From Anolis carolinensis (Eukaryota): a DNA stretch of 64,000 nucleotides. Below are positions 34,484 to 48,790 of this stretch, piece by piece; within the stretch, counting starts at the first letter, position 1, and each line of letters opens with the position of its first letter. The stretch spans positions 10,307,923-10,371,922 of the forward strand of contig NC_085844.1 in assembly GCF_035594765.1 (NCBI RefSeq). Direction: 5' to 3'. Both the position numbers and the translations under genes were made by a program. Below the pieces are notes generated by a model. The model made no database searches. It had not been told where the DNA came from and worked only from the letters and a program-made list of their open reading frames with translations.

Positions 34484-35749
34484 AATAATGGACAATTTTC
34501 CTACAGGCTGGGGTCCTTTTCATAAAGTATGTTCTTCATCTCCTTAGTTACATGAGTACATGGAATTTTTGTAACAAGTATGGAAGGAGGTATTCACACG
34601 TCCTTGCTTAAAATGATCTTATCCTGGATGCTAAACAGATGGGTTAGGGTGTGCTCAGTTCAGTCTTCCTAACAATTGGATCAAAAGCTCACAGATACTC
34701 TGCTCTAATCAGGAAAAGGATGCAGAAATTAAAATAAGAAAATGCACAATGAAATATAGACTTCCTACAAAAGTGGTAAAACTTCAGTTCATGAATGTAT
34801 TAAAGCTATTACATTTAAGAAGTATTGGGGAAGGCAAACTCTTGCAGCAGAACATTTGTGGGCATTTTCTTTCCACACATTACTTCCCTCTGTTCTATTG
34901 CTGCTCAGGAATATGGGACTGTATCTCTAAGTCCCACAGTGGTCACTGTATAGGTAAAATGACCGAAATGGGAAAGTCTGTAGCATTTGCACCCCTGTTC
35001 AGGTCACAAATAGGCTGCTGGAGAGTCATACTCTAGCAAACTACAGAGACCAGGGGTTTTGCACTTTTCACTATGGGTGATGCAATAGATCCGTTCATCG
35101 TTCATGTGCACATTTTTCAGGGAGTCTATTTATAGCTTATGTTATTTTAAATGGTCTCAATTTTCCACAATTTGTTTTAAAATTAAATGAAGAGGCAGTG
35201 ACATGCTATGCACCTCCACTATAGCAATAATCCACTTCTACATTACTTTTTCTGACATATCTTAATGCTGTATAATCATGGGAGTTGTGGTTTTTACCCT
35301 TTAGCCTTTTCTGTCCAATAGTACTGGTGCCTTCACAAATTACAAAATCTGGGATTCCACAGCACTGAGCCATGTTTGTTAAAAAGGTGTCAAACTGAAA
35401 TATTTTTTGCAGTGTGAATGCATCCTCAAATGAATGAGACTCTATGATGAAGATGGGCAAAGAATAACCCTTAGTTTCACAGGACATTTTAATCCTGAAT
35501 GAATTCACACATCTAAACCTGCCAAATGGTCACTCATACCTTGCCTCTAAAGCTTCTGTTGGAAATGATTAGTCATTTTGCGATACTTATCAGCATGGTG
35601 GTGCAAGACTTACATTTCTTAAGGCAGATATGTGACTTTTCTTAGAAGAAGAATTCTAATTATTTTGCATCTCCGTCCGCTTCAAAAGACCTGCAGAGAG
35701 ATGAGGTAAGTGTTTGCATAAGCAGAGGGGACTGCATCTCCTTCTATGA

Positions 35750-35945
35750 CATTGAGATCTGCCGAGGAAGCCCTTCTTTCTGTCCCACCACCATCTCAAA
35801 TACAATTGGTGGGGACAAGAGAGAGGGCCTTCTCGGTGGTGGTGCCTGGCTCTGGAATAGAGAGATCAGGCTAGCCCCTTCGCATCAAGCCTTCCATTTC
35901 AGCTTAAAAATATGGCTTTTTAAGCAAGCCTTTGATCTTACATAG
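35750..35945 (+). mobile_element. L2 LINE 3' fragment
   Basis: GTRERAFSVVVP...LKIWLFKQAF-like translation. Confidence 0.65.
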
Positions 35946-36089
35946 GTTTTTAATGATTATTGTGGGCATCATGTCAGCACTTTTCCCACTGTATTGCCAC
36001 CTTATAGGAGTGGAGAGGTTTTCTATATTGTATCTTGTCACATAAATATCATGTTTTCTGCCATCTTTGCACTAGTTTTTTTTGGTGGG

Positions 36090-36870
36090 TAAACAGTTTA
36101 TTAATGATATGTTACATAACAAAACAGCAAATTATAGCAGATAAAGTCAAATAACAATCCCTTTGAAATGTATATGCATATCTACATTAGTCAATCAACC
36201 AATTAAATCTAACATTAAGTACATATTATTACCAGTAATTCAAAACACATAGAATTGCTCTTTCTACATGTTATCCACTATTTTCAATCTAGATTTCTAC
36301 TCATTTTTTTAAAGAAATTAAATATAAGAGTTCACCCTAACATTCAAACAAAGACATACAAACGTATTATACACAACAGACCCCACACACACCTAAAACC
36401 CCTATCCCACACAAAATAAAACCCCTTCCCCACACCCTTGCACCCTTCACCATGGCTTCCAACCCTGAAGCACTATGAAGCCTTTAAGCCAATTTATCTA
36501 TCCTTGTTAATACCCTACATTCCTACAGGAACTCCTCTATGTTACTGACTCCTTATTCAGATATGCTATGGCCAACTTCCATGTTTCTAAAAAGTCCTCA
36601 TTACTTTTGTTCCTCCTATTATTGGTAATTTTGTCCACTAGCATATATTCCCGCATTCTTTCTCTCCAATCCTTTTTAGTTAAACCTTTTCCACCTTTCC
36701 AGTCTTCGGCTATGGTCAATCTTGCTGCAGCAAAGCTATATTGGTATATTTCTTGGTCCTTTTGGTTATTGTTTTCTCTATGTAAACCTAATAGACACAA
36801 TCCTGGGCTTTTTTAAAATCTTATTATGTAGCATTTTATTTGTCTTTTTAATTACCATCTTTGCACTAGT
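36090..36870 (-). mobile_element. Older L1 3' fragment
   Basis: ORF 36537-36800 (AAARLTIAEDWK...DWRERM...FLETWK) matches the L1 ORF2 C-terminus; G-rich 3'UTR. Confidence 0.75.
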
Positions 36871-37050
36871 TATCATCCTTACTATTTCATTTCCCTGGGA
36901 ATCTTATATACCAGTGAGCCTGGTTAGTAATGGGTCAGAGAGGAAGTTTGGGAGTGATTGTGTCAATAGCTCTAGTTAGATTTTGATTCCATTTATTGAC
37001 TAGGGATTCAATAGGATCATCAGTGATCCCAACCACTGAACCTTCTAAAG

Positions 37051-37185
37051 CTGTGGATTTCAACCTGTGGGTCCCCAGACATTTTGGCCTTCAACTCCCA
37101 GAAATCCTAACAGCTGGTAAACTGGCTGGGATTTCTGGGAGTTGTAAGCCAAAACACCTGGAGACCCACAGGCTGAGAAGCACTG
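37051..37185. mobile_element. hAT-type hairpin MITE
   Basis: Inverted termini with a perfect 8-bp TSD TTCTAAAG. Confidence 0.85.
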
Positions 37186-40100
37186 TTCTAAAGCCTCTTG
37201 GAATCTCAAAGGATCCATTCGTTTTCAAGGGCAGACCACTTAAATGGGTTTTCCACCCCTGCAGGGGTAGGTTGAAGCTGTGGTACTAGCCCTGACACTA
37301 AAGGTTGCCTGACACTCTCCAAGTTCCCTAGGCTGGTGGGGTGGCTGGCAGGTGAGATAGGTATTAAGCATCTTTCTCTCCTTTCTCTCCTTCCTTTCTC
37401 TCCTTACCAACACCATATCTTTCTCTGCCCCGTACAATTTGTATTGCAGTTCCAGGTTCCATATACATTAGACTAAAAAGAATCAATACAGGAGCAAACA
37501 ACCAACCCCCCCCCCCAGTATAAATTGTAAGACATTAAAACAACAACACTTTTAACATACCCTATTGATCAATGGGTGTGCAATTGGGCCAATTAGTCTC
37601 TCACCAGGGGTTGTCTTGTAGCTGACTGGATGATTCTGGGTTGCCTTCTCACCACTACCCAGACTTTCAGCTGGTTCTCTCACTACCAGTTGGTCTATCA
37701 GTCCCAGAGCATCCAGTATCCACCCAATGAGCTGGAAAGGGGTTTACGACAAAACAACATGCAATGCATTGCACATTAAAATAGAAGAAGGGTTATTTTG
37801 CCAGCCAGAGACATAAAGCCTATACTGCTAGTAAGCCTACTAGTCATTGATCAGAGTGGGACTCAGGTACAGATTCTGGTGTTGTAGCCCTGCAGGCAGG
37901 AAAATAGCAAACCTGTATAAAAAAAGCTCTACCTTTCTGGGCTATTTCTGCAGGCGGAGCAAGGCTCTACTAAGTCTACTAAGACAAGGTGGACTCTCCT
38001 TTTATATGCCCCTTTGATAAAGATTAGGGTCAAATATTTTAACCAAAAGCCTCAGGCATTCAGGAGTGTCTAAGAATGTGAAGATGAAGGTGGAAGTGAC
38101 AATGCAGAAAGTAAGAATTCAGCATCACAAAAGCAGTTAATACACTAAATATCTTACCTTTTCACAATCACATCTATTTCCTTCCAAGTGCAAATATGAA
38201 GACTTGAGATCTTCTCTTCCTAAACCATAAAAGTCTCAGTGCTAAGAACCTCAGCACCCAGAAGTAAGAAAATAACCTCAGATAAATATCTGAGAGGGCT
38301 TTGTATTACTCATCAAGGGTGGAGCACTAGATTGATAAAATATTTACACTTTCAGGAAATCCATTATCAGGAGAACCTATATACAAAATCTAAATGCTGC
38401 TCTTTAACTGGATGTATCACTAATCTCTTATGTGATACAAAAATATTTTCCAAAGTTTAAAATTCAAGATATTTTTTGCACTTTATATTACCAAGGGTTT
38501 CAAAGCCCAGCTCTGCACTGAAATTGTTCTTGTCAATTAAGCCTTATGGGGAAAATTGCCACTAGATTGTCATGGTGCACATTTATGATTCAATGATCAG
38601 TCTTGTCTAGCACAGAAATAAAGAATAGCATGTAAAGCAGTGGCCATGTTCTCTCTTCCTATCACCAACCATGGAATAAATTTTCGAGTCTGGGCCATTG
38701 TATATATCCACATGCCGGTGAAAATAGTTTCTGAAAGTGTTGTTGTTTATCATCATCACCACATTTCCCCCATATTTGGCTTACAGATTACAAAAGGAAT
38801 ACAGTTATAAACATACATTCTTGCTCTTCTTAATTACATAAGTACATGGAAACATGGTTTTTTTTCCTGAATATTGCAGAAGAAGGCATTCACACTCTTT
38901 TCCATACAATGCCTTCAATCTGGATTACCCCACAATAGATGGTGTGGGTCTAGGTCTCGGTGTGGCCTTACTAATCACTGATTCAAAAGGTGCACAATCT
39001 CTGCACTATCGAGGGAAGTATAACTGGTCTAATAATGAGGGTGGACCATTATTGGTATTTAGAAACTAGGGGTATGAGTGATACTATCTTTTAAAACAGG
39101 ATCTGGGAATTCCAACAGTTCCAGGAACTGAACCTCTGGAAACAGGATGGGCGACAGGGCTTGAATTGATTCAGTCCAAATGGACCAAGTGGCTGCTTTT
39201 GGTTATGCCATGGCAGCAGCTATACACACAGAGTTTTTTTTCTCCCTTAGCCTTGCCTGAGCCAATAAGAGCAAGAAAGCAGATCACATGTCTTTTTGGC
39301 CAAGTTGATCTATATATACCAGGGTGAGCTCCATTTTTACGTGGCATCCTGGCATTTGAGAGAGAGAAAGACCGTGTACTAGAGTCGCTTCATGTTCTAT
39401 CTCAGTGCCATTGCTGCTTAGAATCAATTTCTAATTCAATTCCAATCTTTTTCTTTGACAATTTAATTAAATTCTCTTAGCTTAATAACTTTCAGTCCTT
39501 TTTTTTTACTATTATGCTAGAAAGGGAAGGGAGGGGGTGAATTTAGGGGGGCTATGAAAGGATATTTTTAGAGGGTGTTTGTTTAAATATTTTTTATCTT
39601 TATGGAGGGGGGTGGTTTGGGGCAGGGAGGCGATAGCCTGATTCTATTGAATCCCGGGGGGGGGGGGGGTGCTGTCGTAAATGTGTTCTCCAAGTGTAGC
39701 TATTTTCATCCCAATAACTTAAAATGACAGAAAGGGGAGCTTCAGAAGTTCTTCCGTTGCTGCCAATGAGCCGGATCTTCCTGGAACAAAAACGGTATTT
39801 CCAACTGACGGAATGAAAAATTGCATTATTCCCCCTCCCTATTTTAGGAGGTTCCTGATAAGCAAAGGAGGAAGTCCAATGGAATCTGCCCAATCTTCAA
39901 GGTATTCAATAGAGGAACTTAGACACAATTTTCAACCTGACCTCAATGTGTGTTGCAATGGATACCCTTTTTTATTCTTGTCATCTTTTAAAATATTTTG
40001 AATTCTGACATCTAAACTCTAGAATGATTATTTAGAACCCAGAACTCAACTGGAAGGGTCAAATTATTTCAGTAAAGCAGATTTGTACCTCAAATGTCTG

Positions 40101-43100
40101 AAAATTGATTTATAAAGATAATTTTCAAAATGGCTTGTTAAAATGGTTAATGCAGCTAAACTGCCATTGAACAAAAAACTGTCTGATGAATGTTTGTGGT
40201 TACTCCAACTGACAATAAAATTATGTGTGGAAAACCGTTTCAAATGTCTTCCATTTTTGTGCAGTTAAACCACTGGTAATATATGTGAAATCATCCAGAA
40301 AAGGATACAAAATCCCTATGAGAACATCACACAATATTGCCCAATACCTTTTATGTGAGTTTAGTATTAGCCAATACAGTTCATGTGATTTTGGTGTAGG
40401 ATTGATATACTAAAACCTCACTGGAGCTATTATAATAAATAATTATAAACTTTATTTTACCCTGCTGATGTTGTCCTTTGTTCTTATTATTCATTTTTTA
40501 CTGTTGATGTTGATGTTTTAGCAATGTATTGTAGACAGAGGATAATTAAGGAATTAATCTTGATTCACAGCATCATTCGTCTTCTTTTGTCTTTCTTTGG
40601 CTTCTTTACCATTCACCATTTTAAAGGGTTCAAATCTCTTACCTTGTGTCTTTGTATAACTCATAATGGAAAATATTTATACACAAAGCCATAGCAAGGC
40701 ACATTTATAAATGTAGGCAAAAAATAAAACATTAATCTAATTAGTATACAAGCTCCCAGTATATTCAAATGTCCAACTAGCCAGGTGAAACAATTTTGGC
40801 TATTATTTCAATTAGAGTCTATAAAGCTTTTTAAGAGTTGTACTCTCGAGCCTCTGGACTCAGCACATCTGGGGCCATGTTTCCAGAAGGCCCAGCCCAT
40901 TCCCTTGGTGGTCTGTATCCCCTATCTGGATGTCACTGGTGTGGCTCCCTGGAAGTGTATGGCCTTACTTGGCTTGTCTGCTGAGATCATAATGGGACAT
41001 CCATGTCATCACTAAAGCAAGAAGAGAGTGGCCCTTTCTTTCTGATAGTGTGGGAACTCAATTCTATTGACAGTAGATGTAAGTGTGATAGTCAGCTGCT
41101 TGCAGGTTCTTATCACCTACTAAAATCAACTCAGGTAAAGGATGATGAAAGCAATGTGCATGTGACCAACAGACTGGATTGAAATTGACACATTTCAGTC
41201 ATCCAGATTTCTGCAGATTTCAGAAATACTCCAGAGTGTCCTGAAAACATTAGTGTATACCCCAATTGTTCAGAGCTACTAGAGACTAGAATCCTCTTGG
41301 GCTTGTCTATTTTAAATTTTAATTTTAATGTAAGGCACTTTGAGTCTCCTGGTGGAGAGAAAAAGTGGGTATAAATGGGGTATAAATAAGCATAACAACA
41401 GCAGCAGCAGCAACAACAATTTTCTGTGATTCCATAGCATTGAGCTATGACAGTTAAAGTCATGTCAAACTGCATTGATTCTACAGTGCAAATGCATTCT
41501 TAGTCTTTGCTTCCACAGTTGTCAGTGTTTTAAACAAGAAGGGTGCAATGGCTATTGGATTTGGCACTACAATCTGTGAACATGAAAGAAGGAAATTAAC
41601 TCAAATTGCTGTGGATTTTGTAACCATGGCATGTGGCAGTATCTGGCATGAGTATCAAATTACAGAGAGAGATTACACCTATCTAGCATCTTTGAGTTTG
41701 TTTGGCTATGTCTTATCTGGCACATCAAGCTGTGACTGTTGTCACACACACACATCACTGTATATGTCATGGATCTTATTTTCTGTTTGGGGAGTTTGAA
41801 GTACCACATTCTCTCACATAAATATTTTGAAATCTGGAGTAGCCCTTCTCTCTGTCCTACCACCTTCACAGATACATTTAATGAGAACAAAGAAGAGAGC
41901 CTGGAACGTCACTCATAGAGAAGCTGAACTGGTACTATCTTTCTGTGGAAAGCTAACTCTTTTCAGGAAAAACAGGCCTTTATATCATTTGTTTAAAGTC
42001 CCAGGAGAAAGAAAGGATCCCTGACTGAAATGCCATCCTCTAGATAAAATCAGGGATAAATGCAGTGTGGAGAAAGTAATTGGAAAGCTGGACTTTGAAT
42101 AAAAAGAAATAGCAAAGAAGAACATTTATGGTATCACACTAGAGCTGAAAGAGTAGACCAAGAGGATGCACTTTACAGAGATAGAAAGTAGACACACACA
42201 GACAATAGAGCTACTAGAAGATGTGCATTTTTGTTAATCCCCATAAGTCGTATCAAATTTGTTGAATTCGTAATTACAAGGCAATATCCAACACATAAGT
42301 GTGGCCCAGACCAAAAACTTCAGAATCAGAACTTACCCTATACTTTTTCATTTGCATTTTGTAAATCTCGGAAGCCTCCCAAAGTCAGTTTTATTTTCAG
42401 TACAAAGAAGCAAAGCAAAGTCAAAAAGGCTGCCATTCCTCTTTAAATTAATGACCTCTCGCCATTAGGAGAGAGAGAGCAGAGTTTGCTGGGAAAGAAA
42501 GCACACAACTCTGGGAGATGTAGTTTGGGAAAGTGAGGAGCCAGCCATCTTATTGGAGTCGGTCAAATAATAATAATAAAAATTATTGAATCTGCAAATA
42601 AGACTAAAGTAAGTAAGTCATAGTATAAATCTATGCTAAGTTGAAATTGTGTGGTTGTGTGTCATAAAGACATTCAAAGGGATTGCTGCTGTTGCGTTTT
42701 GGGGGGATAAATGAATTTTGTCTAAACTTTGAAAAATCCCTAGAAATCTGTAGATGTGTGAATGTTTCTGAAACTTCTGGGGATTGATGCCCTGGTTATC
42801 TTGTACATTCTTCAATAAACCCCTTCAAATTGGTGAAAATGTCTATCATATTCTTTAACTTTCTTTTTTACAAGCTAACATGTTCAACTCCCTTGTAACA
42901 TTTGATTTCTCTAGTTGAGATGTCACTTGTTGGGTCCACCGGAAAGTGTAAAATGCAATGAGAAAGCAATTATAAAATATCAGGCTCAAGGCCTGACATT
43001 CAGAAAGTCACTCGGAAGATGGCTGAGTTTTCTGCTCCTCCTGTCTCTCTTCCTACTCAGCAATCAAAGCTTGGCTAGTTGTTTTCCCTTGGCTTGATAG

Positions 43101-44397
43101 GCCCATATATAGATAAAAGGAAACTAATGTACAGATAGGCCTAACTGTTCTTTGTCTTTTGAAACAAGTGTCCTGGACTCAATGGTCTAGAGCTATCAAC
43201 AAAGATAAAATAAATATATAAAAAGCCTTTATTAGAATCCTGCTGATGCTTCCTCTTCCATGGACTCATGCTACTTGTAACTCTTTCTATATATTTTTAA
43301 ATAAAACCTTGTTTGTATATCAAACAACATCTTTATATGACTTGCCTGCCTTTCTCAGCTCTGAACTGAGCCCCCTTTAGCTTGTGACGTGTCAATTTAT
43401 TTCATAGTTTAGTAATTTATTTTTTATCTGCAAAAGTCTATGAATCAGCCAAAGAGAATAATGGAACCCTTTTATATATCTAGCAGGGCTCTAACAAACA
43501 AACAGTTTGATAGCAAAGTAATCATGATATGCCCTTTCTTTTCTTAAACCAATTAAAAGCAGCTTCCAAAAATATGCACCTTAATTATTAGTAATAGGTT
43601 GTAGTTGCCTTTTGTTTTTTCTGTGCAAAATGCAGGCTGAATAGGAGAAAAACTATCATAGGAGAAAAACCCTTTCGTATGTGTCTGTTTGCTAGGAACT
43701 GCAATGTTATCACAAATATTCTTTGGGGATAATAAGAGATAAGACACAAATTTAGCTCTTCCTTCTTCACAGGAATGGCTGTGGATTTCTTTTTCCAGTT
43801 TTGTTTTATGATGTGAATGTATCACAGTCCTCAGACCTGTTCATTAATGGCATAGTAAGAACATGACATAATATTTTGTAGATAAACCTAGAGCAATAAA
43901 GCAAACGATACATTTATTGTAATTAATAATTTCCCATTAGGCACAATTAAAGCTCAGGAAATACATCATGACACAATTATATAATTTGAAATCCTCCCCA
44001 TGGACCATCCGATGTTGGATAATTTTATGAAGAGCCCTTAGGCCTTGTAATGTTTGGGTACAGAGCATTGACAACAAATGTAAGTGTTGGAAAATACATA
44101 TTTATCATTATTAGACAACAATCCCAAAAACCAAGCTAACGTTTACATATAATGGGTTGTTGTGTGTTTTCTGGGCTGTATGGCCATGTTCCAGAAGTTC
44201 CACAACAATCCTGTGATTCCGGTTATAAAAGCCTTTGACAACACATTTTACATATAATAAACTTAACTTTATTTAGCAGTGGGTAAATCTGTCCTAGGAG
44301 GAGCCCTGGATTCAGCACTAATATGTTGGGACCATATCAGGCCCATTGGGTTGTTGTCTTTTCTGTGTCACTGATGCTACTTAAAATAATAATAATA

Positions 44398-44695
44398 CAG
44401 TAGAGTCTCACTTATCCAACATAAACGGGCCGGCAGAATGTTGGATAAGCGATAATAAGGAGGCATTAAGGAAAAGCTTATTAAACATCAAATTAGGTTA
44501 TGATTTTACAAATGAAGAACCAAAACATCATGTTAGACAACAAATTTGGCAGAAAAAGTAGTTCAATACGCAGTAATGCTATGTAGTAATTACTGTATTT
44601 ATGAATTTAGCACCAAAATATCACGATATATTGAAAACATTGACTACAAAAATGTGTTGGATAATCCAGAATGTTGGATAAGTGAGACTCTACTG
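44398..44695. mobile_element. Mariner-type MITE
   Basis: TIR CAGTAGAGTCTCACTTATCCAAC at both ends; TA site. Confidence 0.85.
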
Positions 44696-44696
44696 C

Positions 44697-44699
<3 letters not shown>

Positions 44700-44743
<44 letters not shown>

Positions 44744-44900
44744 TAATAATAATAATAAACAGCTTTATTTTTGTATCCCGCCACCATCTCCCCAAAGGGA
44801 CTCCAGGCAGCTTACATGGGGACAAGCCCAGTCAAACAGAGAATTAAAACATAGCACAGTAAAATTTATAAAGCAACATAACAACAACATAAAATGACAT
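44700..44900 (-). mobile_element. L2 3' tail with (TTA)n
   Basis: Homologous to 28081-28200. Confidence 0.65.
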
Positions 44901-46714
44901 CATCAATCAACCCATAGACTGACATAGTAATCAAATAATCTCCTATTCAACTTCAAAGCTTCTGGCTGTTGCAGATGCCTCTACCAGTCTCAGAACAAGG
45001 CAATTTCTCCCCTTTTTGCTGGTCACATGAATACAGAGTTTTGGAGCAGTAGAGACAAGCTGAAAGAATCACAACTTCATGGAATTCTGCCTGATCTAAG
45101 TACCACAATGTATTTTTGTGTTGGATGCTTTAATTAACAGGTAAAATTCCTATTAGAGGTTTGGTGGATGCAAGGACCATTGCACTTCCTTCATTTATTT
45201 GTTTATTTTACGAAAAAGAAAGGATCGGGGGAAAGGATTACGCTTTTGCTTTGCAGGGGAAGAGGACAGTTCATCATGGATGCCATATCCCCCAAAACAT
45301 GTGAATAAAAGAAATTTCACTACTCTATTTTAAAACCTGCTTTCTAAAGTTCTTGAAAATGCATTCAAAAGCCAAAAGCGAGATGAAAACTGTTTTCATT
45401 TAATATAATTTTATCGTGACTCGAAGTTTATTTTGAGTCAAGATTAGAATAACCTTGTGCAGTAGTATTTTTAGTTGTGTCTAGGAAGCCTTCAATATGG
45501 CCGACACATTTGTGTGATAATCTCCTTACTTTAGTTTGTTTCCATAATGCATCAATGATGGAGTTTATTGCCAAATTGTACCAAATCCAAAAAAGTTGAA
45601 CAATGAGTTACAGCTGGCAGCACATTGTTGACTGGGAGTAAAATATTTAAACTATCAGAATTTATCACATCACTTTGGTACAGTTCAGGGTCTGGCAAAC
45701 TGCATTTTATAGCAAAAGAATGCATATCTGCAGCACATTTTTTCAATTTTTGTACAATTTATTCAGATTGTTTTGTTGCTGGTTCATCCCTACAGTTGCT
45801 CGAATATCACTTCCTTTCTTAATAGTAGTCTCAGGGAGAAAAGCAGCAGATACAATGGTTATCTTGATGGATTTTTTCAAATTCATTAAAAATATTTTAG
45901 ACAATTTGAGCATTTTTACATTTTTAGTTTGAGGAGGAAAAAACTATTTAGAAGCAATTCTGCATTGCCTTTTTTGGCTTGCTGCACCTAACATTTTTTT
46001 TTAAAATATAGTTTTATTAAAGCTTACATAAATGCAAGAGTAAAATATACAAAGAAAACAATATACAAACTATATATTAATAGAGAGAAAAAAAAACTAA
46101 AAATAGAGAGAGTGGAGAGAGAGTGAACTTAGAAGAAAAAGAAGTCTTTTCCATAGCTTTCATAGTCTTCCAGTCTTTTCCATAGCTTTCATAGTTAGTT
46201 ACCACTTTATTAAGTCTCCTTTGCCTTTTTAATTGTTATAATAGACTTCTGTCTATAATCTAGCTATTTGAAATATATCTCATTACATTAACTAGTTCTA
46301 CAGGAAGTTAGCAAAAGGTTAGCTCTACTATCACTTTAATAAGGATAATTAAATAAATTATTGTTTTTATTTAATCGGATACAATCTTCTATTCTACTAA
46401 ATTATTATAATCTCCCAAAATGATGGTTCAATATTAGATTCAACAATTCAACACATCCATTATCTTTCTTTGTAGTACCAATTCTGCAACATCTTTTCTA
46501 TAGCAAACATCAACGCTCAGTTATATACTTTCAGTTCGTCTTATGCTAATCAAATCAAACAATGATTTCTCCTTTTAAATCTAACAATGAGATATGAGTA
46601 TTTGTAATAATCATCTTCAAAGCTCAAGTAGAAAAATAAACTAACCCCATTTCATGACAATAACGACTTTTACATGACTTTTAAAAATGGTGTCAAGCTT
46701 TTTCAAGGGATGTA

Positions 46715-46747
<33 letters not shown>

Positions 46748-46959
46748 TCACAACTGGGTTGATATTGCTGTTTAAATGGACACTGTAAAGAATAAGATTT
46801 AAGTTGAGACAGAAATCTGGGGAAATGGAGATATAGAAGAAATTGATATTCTTACCCATATGAAAAGGCATCCAAATGAAAATGGTATATATAGCTAATA
46901 ACAGAATAAAGAGTCTTTTATGCCATTGTGGGTTCAAGCAGAATCCTATGAGCAGTAAC

Positions 46960-47859
46960 TGTCAGACCCCAGGCAGCAGGGCACCAAGAACCATACACGG
47001 AGGCCAATTTCTATCTAATATCTTTATTAAGGAAATATATAAAAGTAATAAAAACAAGTAAAGAATATAGTTCAGAAGCAGACCTTTCAAATAAGGTCAA
47101 ATATAATCCAAAAATGCAATGTCCAATAAATGATATTAGAGTTCAAAGTTTATATCCAATACCGAAACACACACTATTGCCAGGCAATAGAGTGGGGAAA
47201 AGCCAGAGTCTTAGGAGTCCAAGGAAGCTTGACAACAAGGCTGGAAATAATCTTGGTACTTTAACAAGGTCCGTGACTTGAAACAAGGCAAAACGTGGAT
47301 CTTGGAACAAGGTCCGTGACTAGGAACAAAGCAAACAGTGAATCTTGGAACAAGGTCCGTGGTTAAACAGCAAGGCAAGGCAGTACTTGGATTCTTGATC
47401 CGGGAAACAAGGAACTGGGGTTACGAAGTCCACACACGATCTCACTCCTCAAGCAGCTCTGTTGACTCCGCAAAGATTCTACCACGTCAGGCACCTATAT
47501 TGGGGTCTCGTTTTCCCGCCAACAATCTCTTTCCCTAGAGAACGGGAAGCGAAACCCAACTTTGTCCAGATGCAAGACTCCAAGGGAAGCAGGTCTAATC
47601 AGCCTGTTGTTTGGCAGCAATCCGTAAACTCCTGCGATTCTGTTCCCTGACTCCTCTGTCAGCACAATAGGATTCTTTTCTAGGGAACGGAGGCGAGGAA
47701 TGTCCAAGGTCTGTTTTACTGAATTCTTGGGGACAAACATCAACATCCGGCAGGTGAAAGGACTCCGGCTCTTGTTGAACCGGCGAAAACCCCATGTTTT
47801 CGTCTTCATCTGCCACGATGGCACTAGGAGCAGGACTACAAGGCCCATGAGGCATCACA
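46960..47859 (-). mobile_element. Solo LTR C (900 bp), probably Gypsy
   Basis: Minus strand TGTGATG...CTGACA; TSD GTAAC at 46955-46959 and 47860-47864; internal repeats of AACAAGGTCCGTG; minus-strand AATAAA near 47025. Confidence 0.9.
47595..47855 (-). CDS. Putative U3-encoded ORF in solo LTR C (86 aa) with an HMGN-like RRSLRIAAK
   Basis: Open from LTR base 2 with ATG at LTR base 5; acidic/Pro-rich N-terminus (DEDENMGF) and basic C-terminal motif. Confidence 0.45.
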   Translation of the reverse strand: MPHGPCSPAPSAIVADEDENMGFSPVQQEPESFHLPDVDVCPQEFSKTDLGHSSPPFPRKESYCADRGVREQNRRSLRIAAKQQAD

Positions 47860-48790
47860 GTAACACAGTGGGAATGACCATGAGTGGGTAGCATATCAAA
47901 ACATTCTCAATAACATGGAAAAGAGGACCATAGATGACATATTTTATAATAACTACTAATGATTGAATTCCAAATGACAAGGAGAAGACCCACATGAGAG
48001 CACACACTATAGTGGACAAGTGGTGACTGATGGCATTGATGCCAAATTGGGAAGAAAACAGCCAGGTATGTTCTCCTGTCTTTGTACTAAGAATGGTTTT
48101 ATTTTTTCACCAGCTGAAGATGCCACATAAATCCTTTAATATTGCTTGAAAACTCCAGCAAGGACTATTTTATAGCTTTTGCCATCATTTTTGGCGATCC
48201 ACAGACCCAGCAGACCATTTGAATCTCCAATCTGAGATCCCCAGATTGAGTCATGCAGCTCAGATACTGCTTGCATCTTTTCTATGTGGTTAGCAGACTC
48301 TTTCTTCTATTTTCTCATATCTCAATTGATTTCACACACATCCTGCTACAGCCTAAAGGGTTTGCCCACACAATTCTTGAAAACCTTCTTAGATTTTTAT
48401 CCAAATTTAAAGTATCATGCATTTCGGAAGAAAATTGTATGCACATTTCAACAGCTGATAGTACTGCATGATATTAGTGTATAAATTGACTTCATTTCTA
48501 AGTTAAAGTCAGGTTTTGCGGACAAAATTATGAATTTTCATATGATACATAAATTAGTTGGGGCTCATTCCACAGAAAGAGGAAAGCATCAGTATTTCTC
48601 AGGAGGCCAAACCCTTTTGGCCAATGATACTATTTTCTCACCCGTGCATACAAAAAGACCAGAAATTGTGCCATAGTGGGGAGAGTCTATAAACATCAAC
48701 ACTTTTTGATGGACTAAGATCTTGTTTATCTACAAAAAGGATGGGATGGTTCCTTTTATATAAAAGTTAAGTACTTAACATTGACCCATG

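Larger units (their letters stand above)
46643..48070 (-). pseudogene. Decayed MRGPR pseudogene (end of TM3 to TM7), interrupted by solo LTR C
   Basis: YLAVFFPIWHQCHQ...STIVCALMWVFS near 48000; LLLAIYTIFIWMPFH and LNSNINPVVI at 46750-46920; frameshifts and an (AC)n/(TC)n expansion. Confidence 0.75.

Noticed and set aside
45200-45950. Possible decayed coding sequence on the minus strand
   Set aside because: Short frames with many stops and no motif I can assign; needs tBLASTx.
47260-47385. Spaced repeats AACAAGGTCCGTG, superficially CRISPR-like
   Set aside because: Short degenerate tandem repeats inside a eukaryotic LTR, with no unique spacers or cas genes.
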